The position numbers and the translations under genes are program-made. 58,520 nt of DNA from Chrysochromulina tobinii (Eukaryota). Within the stretch, counting starts at the first letter, position 1. Each line of letters starts with the position of its first letter. Positions 41,342 through 50,121 of the stretch are shown here, piece by piece. Under the pieces are notes generated by a model. That model did not search any database. It had not been told where the DNA came from and saw nothing but the letters and a program-made list of their open reading frames with translations. The DNA lies in contig JWZX01003100.1 of assembly GCA_001275005.1 (NCBI GenBank), forward strand, positions 1-58,520, read 5' to 3'.

Positions 41342-42292
41342 ATGGCGTTCGCTAGTCGCGCAATTCCGATTGCGTATCGAACGAGCACCATGGGTTATCG
41401 CAGCCCTGATCGAATGCCAATAGACAGGGCGCGATATGAGTTGGAGCCGATCACGTCGCTCCGTGATTTGAATTGGGGTGACATGCGCTCTATGCGCCCG
41501 AGCTTCCGAAACTTGAAGAGCCTTCGAACGGACACCCCGCCGGTGCTTAGCAAGGCATCGCGCTCGACATCCTCGCTCTTTCACACGCCCACTCCCGGCA
41601 CCCCATCCTTCCTTAATCCTTCGCTTAGAACGCTGTCAAGAGAGGGCCGGAAGAGCTCCAGCCCGACCTTCGCCTCCGAGATGCGAGCGCGGCCGCACAC
41701 ACCCACGGACATCATGCGTCCTTCCACGCCTGGAACGTTCTGGAAGCCAAGTCACCAGCCATTTGATATTGACATCTCACCGGACGCTGTGTCCCGTCAA
41801 GGCTGCATCCCGCGCCATCCGCTGGTCTGGAAACCTGCAGGGAGTGACATGTTCCCGGTTTCATGGCACGATTCGCCGCAACTGCGCGAGCCGCTCAAAT
41901 CATCAAGGCTGGTGGCCTCTCTCCGCTCCAACTCGGCTGCTGTGCTTCGACCGCGACCGTGCCACAAACCGCCGCCGATCATTCATATCAAAGACTCTAA
42001 ACGAGTTAGCATTGCGATGAGGTACCGCCAGTCGTCCCAACGGGCCTCAGGGGCCCGTAGAGCTCAATCACCGGCCCGTCGAACCACACCGGCCGATGAG
42101 CCGTCCATGATGCGCTTGATTCCACCAACGCCTAGCACGACCGAAGTTCTTGGCGACCACCACCAACGGGCTCTGGTTTCATACCCTCCGCCCCACATGG
42201 ATACGCTGGATTGGACAACAATTGTGGGATCTGTGGAACAGAAAACCTCGACGACTTCATGCGCCTTGAGCAACACGAACAAGGCCTTGTAA
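41342..42292 (+). CDS. Hypothetical Pro/Ser/Arg-rich protein
   Basis: 316-aa ATG ORF with no recognised motif. C-terminal frame uncertain. Confidence 0.5.
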   Translation: MAFASRAIPIAYRTSTMGYRSPDRMPIDRARYELEPITSLRDLNWGDMRSMRPSFRNLKSLRTDTPPVLSKASRSTSSLFHTPTPGTPSFLNPSLRTLSREGRKSSSPTFASEMRARPHTPTDIMRPSTPGTFWKPSHQPFDIDISPDAVSRQGCIPRHPLVWKPAGSDMFPVSWHDSPQLREPLKSSRLVASLRSNSAAVLRPRPCHKPPPIIHIKDSKRVSIAMRYRQSSQRASGARRAQSPARRTTPADEPSMMRLIPPTPSTTEVLGDHHQRALVSYPPPHMDTLDWTTIVGSVEQKTSTTSCALSNTNKAL

Positions 42293-42515
42293 TTCTTGCG
42301 GTCCCTCGTGACAACTTCAGCGTAAGTTGAAAGTTTTTCAGGTTCTTGGAGCTTCGATGCATCAATGCTCTTGTGCTCATGTGCTCGCACGTCCACAAAC
42401 CCGTTAAGCCCGAGCCGGGTTTCGGAGTGATGAGATGAGGGTCGTTTTCGTCCCTGGTTAGAGATGATGATTTTTTCCCAATTTACCGCGGGCGGACTCC
42501 CCTGTGGGGAAAACG

Positions 42516-44561
42516 ATGAGGTGCGAAACTTCCTTCACGGTATTTTCGAACATGCCGAAGGAGTCGCAGGGGACAGGCGGCGGCGGCGGTTGCCCGCCCT
42601 CGTGGAAAACGTGCCCGGGTTGCAACCAGAAGTTCTCTCCCGCTTCATTCGACATTCACGTCAAGCGCTGCCGAGACCGCAAGGACGTGCGGCTCGCCGC
42701 CGAGGAGATCAAGGAGAGGATGTTCATGGAAAATGCCTATTGGGGACGCGGCCCACTCCCGACCGACCCAGTCTGCCCAAACTGTGGCCAGAGGTACCAC
42801 GTGCAGGCAATGGGGCCACATATAAAGCGTTGCCGCCGTCTGCGGCCAAAGGGAGGCACGAAATCTGATCCGTTTGGGGCTGGCTCCACAGCGTTTGATG
42901 GTATGTGGGGCGTGAGCCGTGAAGATCGCCCACTTCCTTCGATGCTCGAGAAGCTCGGTAACTCGCTTAAGCTGCTGGTAGCTGGCGACGCTTCAGAAGC
43001 AGTCGACGGTCCAGGCAGCCTCAGCGATGAGGAAGAGAAGGTGCTCGGCGCCGCAGAGCGGCAGCGGCTTCGAAAGCTCTTCGACAAGTTCGACGCGAAC
43101 GGCGATGGCGCCCTCTCGCAGGCGGAGCACGGCCTGCTGCTCTTCAACTGCTTCCCAGAGCGCGTCATTGATGCCAAGGAGCTGCTTGCCGAGTTTCGGA
43201 CAGTCGACGCCGACGGTTCGGGCTTCGTGAGCTTCGATGAATTTCTCACCTACTATGGGCTACTCACCCCTGCGTCGACCCACTTCGACGAGGCGGCAGA
43301 TATGTTTGCCTTCTTCGACGTGGACCATTCGGGCACGCTCGAGCTGCACGAGTTTGCCTCCCTCTTGAACAATGTCTTCCCCACACAATGCGATGCCAAC
43401 GAGTCCGCCATTGCCTCGGAATTTGCGAACGCCGACAAAGATGGCTCGAACTCGATCACCTTCATCGAGTTCTGTGCGTACTACGAGCGGTTGTGCTCAC
43501 TGTACGGCGACACGAAGCCGCTCACCACTCAGGAGCTCCGGTCCGCTGCTACTCCACTGCTCGCCAAACCGGCAACTCGCAAAGACAAGGGCGTGCGGAT
43601 CGTCACTCCGAAGACGATCAAGCGTTCGAGAGGTGAGAATGAGAATGCGGGCGGCGGCGGCGTCGGCGTAGGCGGCGTAGGCGGCGCAGGCGGCGCAGGC
43701 GGCGCAGGCAGCGCGGGCGGCGCGGGCGGAGGCGGAGGCGGAGGCGAAGGCGGCGGAGGCGACGTAGAGAGCGCGACCCACCTGGTGGCTCGATGTGCGC
43801 AGCTGCGCGAGCTGCGCGAGAGTGGCTGGATCTCAGAGAGCGAGTATCACAATAAGCTCACTGAATCTCTCGGCCCCGGGCCCATCGGAGACTTTCACAA
43901 GGCCTTCGTCGACAAGTCGTCCGAGCTCCGCGGGCTCCTTGCTATGGGGCTGATCACGCAGCCAGAGTACGATGCCAAGCTGGGCGCGTTGGTGACCGGG
44001 CTGAGGGGCGAGCCGACGAGCGCTACGGTCCAGGCTGCCGCCACCGAGCTGAGTGCGGAGGAGGCGTTGGTGCGATGCGAAGGGTGCGGCGAGAAGTTCC
44101 TGCCGCACCTCCGCCCGAAGCATCAGCGCACGTGTACGGCGGTGCTGCCGGCCAAGAAGATGAAGAAGGTCACCTTCGGGCAAGGCGGTGGCGGCTTTGG
44201 ATCGGGCAGAAGCGGCTTGAACCCCACCGATGAACGTCCACTGCCCAGGCCGCGGGATTCAAGCGCGGCAGAGGCAGACGCACGCTCAGTCGAGTTCGCT
44301 GATAACGGGAGCAATTCTTTCGTGGCGTGCAGCAAGTGCGGACGCACCTTTTTCCCAGATCGCTTGCCACTGCACCTTCGCGCCTGCAAGGGTGGCAAGG
44401 CTGGCGGCAAGGGCACCGCCGATCCTAATCAGGATTCCCAACCTCCGGTCGGCGAGGCTGAGGCGCTGAGGCTAGCCGAGCTTGCGGAGCTGCTGAGTGC
44501 GGGATTCATAACACAGGAGGAGCATGATGCGAAGCGCTCCGCGTTCTTGCTCAGCGCCTAG
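42516..44561 (+). CDS. C2HC zinc-finger + EF-hand + SHOCT-like repeat protein
   Basis: Four CxxC...F/Y...H...C fingers (e.g. CSKCGRTFFPDRLPLHLRAC). EF loops DANGDG, DADGSG, DVDHSG, DKDGSN. Three SHOCT-like L..L...G.I...E...K units. Start 42516 or 42552. Confidence 0.85.
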   Translation: MRCETSFTVFSNMPKESQGTGGGGGCPPSWKTCPGCNQKFSPASFDIHVKRCRDRKDVRLAAEEIKERMFMENAYWGRGPLPTDPVCPNCGQRYHVQAMGPHIKRCRRLRPKGGTKSDPFGAGSTAFDGMWGVSREDRPLPSMLEKLGNSLKLLVAGDASEAVDGPGSLSDEEEKVLGAAERQRLRKLFDKFDANGDGALSQAEHGLLLFNCFPERVIDAKELLAEFRTVDADGSGFVSFDEFLTYYGLLTPASTHFDEAADMFAFFDVDHSGTLELHEFASLLNNVFPTQCDANESAIASEFANADKDGSNSITFIEFCAYYERLCSLYGDTKPLTTQELRSAATPLLAKPATRKDKGVRIVTPKTIKRSRGENENAGGGGVGVGGVGGAGGAGGAGSAGGAGGGGGGGEGGGGDVESATHLVARCAQLRELRESGWISESEYHNKLTESLGPGPIGDFHKAFVDKSSELRGLLAMGLITQPEYDAKLGALVTGLRGEPTSATVQAAATELSAEEALVRCEGCGEKFLPHLRPKHQRTCTAVLPAKKMKKVTFGQGGGGFGSGRSGLNPTDERPLPRPRDSSAAEADARSVEFADNGSNSFVACSKCGRTFFPDRLPLHLRACKGGKAGGKGTADPNQDSQPPVGEAEALRLAELAELLSAGFITQEEHDAKRSAFLLSA

Positions 44562-44937
44562 GTAGGTGGCCACTCAAATGCCCCAGGGGGGTGCAGGCGC
44601 GCAGCGGCAAAATAGCCCAGCGTCCCCGTAAAGCTGTACACGAAGTACGATTCTGTGAGCTCTCAGATAGAGAGTTATAGGCGATCATCACAATCCGAGA
44701 ATTCCGCATATATATGACGCGCGCGTGTCGTCCGCTCTTGACGGGCGGCGGTCTCAAGGATTTGAGCGGGGGGAGGGCTTTTTTCGCCAGTCGAGGCTGC
44801 AGGCTCCTGGACGAGAGGCAATTCGGAATTATACACTTTGAAGAGTGTCCATGATTGGTTGATTGCTTTGTTCCAAGAGAGCTGCAGAGAGTGCTTGCTT
44901 TTACGCTTCCAAGTGAGGATTGCACGTCACACATCAA

Positions 44938-44982
44938 GCACCGGGTGTCGCATGGTGTCGCGTCTGTCGTGTTAACGTTCAC
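44938..44982 (+). repeat. Dispersed element copy C (partial), 61 nt upstream of the CRAL-TRIO ATG
   Basis: GCACCGG...TGTCGCGTCTGTCGTGTTAACGTTCAC. Confidence 0.85.
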
Positions 44983-45043
44983 ACATTCACATTCATCAGT
45001 CGATCATCAGGGATTGCAATTGTATGTACGCATCTTTCTGGAA

Positions 45044-45907
45044 ATGCAAGCCCTCTCGCCAGCCCTCGCTGACAAGGCTCGCCGGAACCTCAAAGAGCCT
45101 GAGGACGCCGCGGCTGTCTTCGAGCAGGCAAGGCTGGAAGTGGTCGCTTTGATTGGCGAAGAGGAGCAAAAGCGTTTCGACTGGGCGCTGTTGGCGATGC
45201 TTCGGCAGGCCAAGTGGGACAAGGCTGCCGCTGTCAAGAAGATGTGTGCGCTCTCAAAGTACGCCTCCAAGAATTCGCACCTCTTTGTGGACTCGACCGC
45301 TGACGAGTTCATCGTCCAAGCTGAAATCGGGATGATGTCGCACCTTCCGGTTCGCAACTCTCGTGGCGAACTCGTGCTGCTCCTTGATGGGGTGAAGCTC
45401 ACGCCGTATGCGAAGAAGTTCACAATGACGGACATGCTTCGCTTCTCCGTCTTCTACATGAGCAAATTGATGGTCTCGGAGGAGACGCAGATCAATGGCG
45501 TCATCATCCTCGAGAACCTGCACAACTACCCGATGCTGGCTCTGAACAGCATGAAGGGTGGGAGCCTCGCAGGCATCCGAGCCTCGTTCGAATGGATGCA
45601 CTTGAGCCCCCTGCGCCTGCGCGGCTTGTACGCGATCAAGCAGCCGTGGTACATCGGCATGATGCTCGGTCTCACCCGGCCGTTCATGCCACGCAAGCTC
45701 CGAGAGCGCGTCTACCTCTTCGGCGAGGATACGTCAGCTATGCTCGAGGCCGCCGGCCTCACGCCCGAGCAGGTGCCGCCCGAGTATGGCGGCACCCTCG
45801 AAGGCTTCGACTACTGCTGGCATTTGAAACAGCAGCTCAGCTTTGAAAGAGCCGCTCAAATGCCGGGTGTAGTCGAAGCCATCAAGCCAGAAGCGGCGTT
45901 GTGGTGA
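45044..45907 (+). CDS. CRAL-TRIO (Sec14-like; clavesin/tocopherol transfer protein-like) lipid-binding protein
   Basis: LLAMLRQAKWD, ETQINGVIILEN, PLRLRGLY..KQPWY, PFMPRKLRERV, VPPEYGG. Confidence 0.9.
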   Translation: MQALSPALADKARRNLKEPEDAAAVFEQARLEVVALIGEEEQKRFDWALLAMLRQAKWDKAAAVKKMCALSKYASKNSHLFVDSTADEFIVQAEIGMMSHLPVRNSRGELVLLLDGVKLTPYAKKFTMTDMLRFSVFYMSKLMVSEETQINGVIILENLHNYPMLALNSMKGGSLAGIRASFEWMHLSPLRLRGLYAIKQPWYIGMMLGLTRPFMPRKLRERVYLFGEDTSAMLEAAGLTPEQVPPEYGGTLEGFDYCWHLKQQLSFERAAQMPGVVEAIKPEAALW

Positions 45908-46668
45908 GCGCGATCGCTCCGCAAGTCCGGAAATACTACGTAGCAATTTAGGGGAGAGTGCGTTGTCGCGGGCGGGTGCGCGATACCGTGGGATCCCACG
46001 ATATCGTGGACGGGCTCACGATATCGTGCCGACACTATAACGGCACGCGGGTACGATATCGCGCCGCCCTACGGTATCCGATCGCGAGTGTGCGCGATAT
46101 CGTTCACCGCACACGAGATCGCGACCCCCCGTCGATATCGCACAAACCAACGATGAGTAATGGGATGGCGTAGCGGGGTTGTGGTGATCGTTGATGCCAC
46201 TCGTCACCCGGGCGGAGGTATCGGCTTGTTACTAAGCCCTCCTAAGGGTGCCGGGTGTATGGCTCCGCCGCTCGTGCGGTGCCGCTCGTCGGTGGGGCTC
46301 CGCTCCACCCGCGCGCGCGAGCGCCGTTAAGCACTCCATACGATACTACTCGCGCCACGTAAGCGGCAACTGTAACAAATATCCTGATATTAAACACTAA
46401 TTAAACGCAGAAAGCACACTCGGACGCGACCGAATATTTCATGGCGTGTGGCTCGCACCACGGACATGACCACGGACCGGACAGGACGCAGACAAGCGAG
46501 TTCCGATCCGTTTGTTCTGTCCAAACTTCCATGCTCATGAAGGTGGGAACGCGAACGGATCCTTCTCCCCCTCATCTCATGGCCCATGCTTCAATGCACG
46601 TGATTCGGTGCTTGAATGGCCTCCGCGGCCTCTTTCACCCCCTTCAACCTGGCCTGCACTTTGTGTCC

Positions 46669-48629
46669 CTATCCGCTGCATGAGGCGAGCCCGCGAAGCG
46701 CAGAGGCAGTTTCGAGAGGGGAGAGCCGAGACCCCTCTCCAGCCGAGACCCCGCGCCTTTCGCCTCGTCCACGAGCCACGTGCTCACCCCCAACCATCCA
46801 AGCTCGTCCCCAAACATCCAAGCCTCTCGTGATGAAGTTCTCAAACATCCAAGCCTCCCGTGATGCCCTCGGCGATGAAAGCGCGCACCTTGCGGCTGAA
46901 GAGCGACTTGGAGCCAAGAAAGGGGAGGAGCTCAGCCACAAGCTTGGCGAGGGCATCGGGCCCGAGAGCGCCCATGAAAGCGCACGTGAGGGTCGATGCC
47001 CATGGGGTTCCATTCCCGTAGCTCCAGAGCTGTTCGACGTTTGCGGCCTGCACGGCCGGGGACGCGCTCGCCAAAAGGCGCATCACGATATGCGGGATCT
47101 CGGAGGCCAGCCCCGCTTTGAAGTGGGTGAGTGTGGCAAGGGGGAGCAGACCATAGAGCTCTTGCGCGTCGAAGCGCCGCCCATCGCTCAGCCAGAGGGT
47201 CGCGCGCTCTCGAAGGAGGAAGCCGACGGGGCCTTGGAAGGACGCCGAGTACGCCATGCCACGCGGCAGCACAATGGGCAGTAACCGGGCCAGGTCGGGC
47301 GCGCTGAGCGCCCTTCGATCCAGCAGTTGCGGCAGCAGTTCGAGCAGCAGCGGCGTGCACGCCGCGCACGCCACGATGTGAGGCTGGAGGGCAAAGCGAA
47401 TCATCCTCTCCGTCTCAGCGATAGAGGGGGGCGGCCCGATTAGAGCAGGCTCGACACAGCACCGTAGAAAGGCTGCGAGGCCCAAAGCCGCGTCCGGCGC
47501 GTACCCAAGACCAGCAAACGAGCCTTTAAGGGGGGGCTCGACCGAGCTAGCGAATGCGCGCATCGAATGGCTGTCACCATTCGGCACGCCTTCCATCCAT
47601 TCTGGGATCCACTCGGGCTCGGGTGGCGACGTCTCGAGAGCGGGTGGCGTAGTCGGTCGCGGGCTGGGCGCGAGAGATTGCAATCGGGACCAGATGGGTG
47701 CAGAGAGGGCGGGCCGCGCACGCGAGAGGGAGGAGAGCTCGCGAAACAACGCTTCCGCACCTGGCTTGAGCACGAGCAATGGTGCCGCCTGGGCCGCCGC
47801 GGACGGGGCGCCGCCGCCGCCATCGACGGTGGCCTCGTGGCCCGGGGACATTGGTGGGGCCAGGAGCGGCTGGCGACTGACAGCGCTGCCACACGTGCTT
47901 CGGCTGAAGCACCTGCAGAGTCGAATCCACCTCGTCCGCAGTGCGAGTGGCTATCTGGAGCCAACGTACGAGCACCTCAGTCTGCGCCCCGTCGAGACTC
48001 TTGTCGGAGCCCATGGCACTGAGCATCGATTTGATCTGCATCGGCGACATCGCATGCAGCAGGCGGCTTCCGTCGAGCCGGAGCCGTTGCTGCACCGCGT
48101 CCCCGCCCTCGCCGGCCGCGTGCCGTAGCCGCTCGCAGTCGTCGGCGGTTCGCACGCGGCGCTCGCAGAGCACGCGCAGGTGAGGCATGAGCGCGTCCTG
48201 CATCAGAAAATCAGCTGTCTGCAGCAGCGCCAGCGTGCTCTCGAGCCCGCCCGTGTCGGAGAGCTCGACGGTGAGCAGACCAGTAGCCTTAGCCGCCGCC
48301 CAGTACAGCAGCGCCACGCACGCTTCGACTGTGCACCCAGCAGGCAGCCGGAGCTCGCGCCGACGGCTACGCTGCTGCGTGCCCACCGACGTCGTCATCA
48401 TAACCTCGAGGTAAGGCACGTGCTTCAAAGCCTTGCTGAGCAGCGCGACCGTCTGGCACTTGTCTGAACCCATGCCGACAACGTCAAAGACGTGCAGACT
48501 ACTGCCGTCTTCACGGAGGCACGCGTGCTTGGCGAGTGGTTCGCAGCCGTCGGTGCCCGCGCTGTCTTCGGAATCACTGTATTTGGCGTGGCCCTCGAAG
48601 GTTCGCTTCGGTGCCTTGTCGTCGCTCAT
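46669..48629 (-). CDS. Hypothetical protein with N-terminal BTB/POZ-like region; apparent +1 frameshift near 47856-47860; 3' end 46841 or 46669
   Basis: PYLEVMM...ELRLP....EACVALLYW...LALLQTADFL resembles BTB. Protein-like ORF 46841-47851 continues in the shifted frame. Confidence 0.5.
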
Positions 48630-48974
48630 GCTGATGATGATGATGCTCTCGGCCGCACGTGGCGATGCGTGCTCAATCCGTGCACTCAATCCGGTGAGTG
48701 CGCGGCGCCTCATATCATTTCAGAGTTCCTTAAAAGGAAGGCTGTTGAGAGTTTTACTGGTTGAACTAAGTGGCAAGACCGAAGGGACCCCTGGCTATTT
48801 TATGCACATGGAAGCATGTGCAACAATGAGCTCGCAGGGCCTCAAGTCCGTCAGTCAGTTCGTCGCGGTCCCCCCGCTCAATCAATACCGGATTTACCGG
48901 TACATGTACACCACCAGGACCACCGTGGTCCTGGACAAAATCTGAAATGAAGGTTAAATGAAGGGGGTATGTAC

Positions 48975-49037
48975 CGTCTCAAAGGATGGCTCCGCACCCC
49001 TCGGTCAACACAAGTACTGAGTACATGTACTCGCTCT
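48975..49037 (+). repeat. Short direct repeat copy 1 (copy 2 at about 52799-52903)
   Basis: Shared blocks CGTCTCAAAGGA(T/C)GGCTCC, CTCCGCACCCCTC, CGGTCA(A/G)CAC, CACAAGTACTGAGTAC and TACTCGCTCT. Confidence 0.8.
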
Positions 49038-49167
49038 CTCGGGTCTCTCCATCATGCGAGTGTAGAGGTTGGTTTCTCGACCCAGCGAGCAGCGTGCAGG
49101 CTGCAGGGACGTGTTCCTTGTCCACGCTTTCTCGCTTTCACTGCCCTCTATGCTGATTCTATGCTGA

Positions 49168-49359
49168 CGGGCGGGATTGTGATAGACGATCAGGTGGGGT
49201 GTGTGGGGGTGGGTATCAATTGGGAGGTATTGCATTGTCAGCCATCATCATACCTTTGCCGTCGTTGTCGTGTCGCTGGGCCTCTGCTGTCCGCGCCATC
49301 TTGGGGCGCTTTAGAGTTTAGTCGATCATGTCGAGCATCCACGGGCCGATCTTTTTTCC
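49168..49359. repeat. Dispersed repeat copy 2 (related to 2411-2597)
   Basis: Same two conserved blocks as copy 1, same order and similar spacing. Confidence 0.8.
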
Positions 49360-50121
49360 CGTCCGCTGCAGCTTGCCCGCATGGCTTGCCCCGTTGCCCG
49401 TCGCTGAGTGTTCGCGCGTCCGCTAGTATCTTGTCCGGCTTGCGTGGTCCGCAGGGCGCGTTGCAAGCCGAATAAAGCCGATGCGCGATGGAATTACAAT
49501 TGCCGAATTATAGCGAGATAGCGACGAAAAAAACTTGGGGTTTTTTGTGGGGTTTTTTCGTGGTTTTTTTCTTACTTCTTAGTTTGGACATTGCGGTTTA
49601 GGTCGTAACGTTTAAAAACGTAAGCGAAGCGGTAAGGAGCCGAGCGGTCACGTCGTCGAAAACAAGCCTCTAGCCTGGCTATCGTGTGTGCGCGCAACAT
49701 CGAACATGAACGTCAACATCCCGCGTACTGCACGTACCCCACTCCCAGGAGCCAGGTGCCAGGAGGAGAACGCTGGTCTCTGACTGTGACAGTGTGACTC
49801 CGCGCTGCCTACATTGTACTGTAGGCTGTGCTGTGTGCTCCTACCAACTTGGCGCCTAATCGCACCGCATGTACCTAATAACACACCAGGGATCGCGCCC
49901 CGGCCGCGCCGTCGACCGCGCCGCGGTCCGCATTGCGTGGGAGACACAGCCCACAGGACACACACACAGTGTTGCGGGGGCCCTTATTCGAGGGGGGGGT
50001 GCGTTCGCAGGCGGATCCAGCACGGGGCCCGCCTATCCATCGCGTCGGGGGGCATGCATGGCTCAACTGAATGGCCCTAGCCAGGATAACGAGGTCCATT
50101 GAGACCCTCAATTTGATCGGA

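Noticed and set aside
12437..45907. Possible sterol/lipid gene cluster (esterase, MLYCD, CAS, GT-like, CRAL-TRIO)
   Set aside because: The genes are interspersed with unrelated housekeeping genes over more than 30 kb, and no P450 or sterol-tailoring enzyme lies next to CAS.
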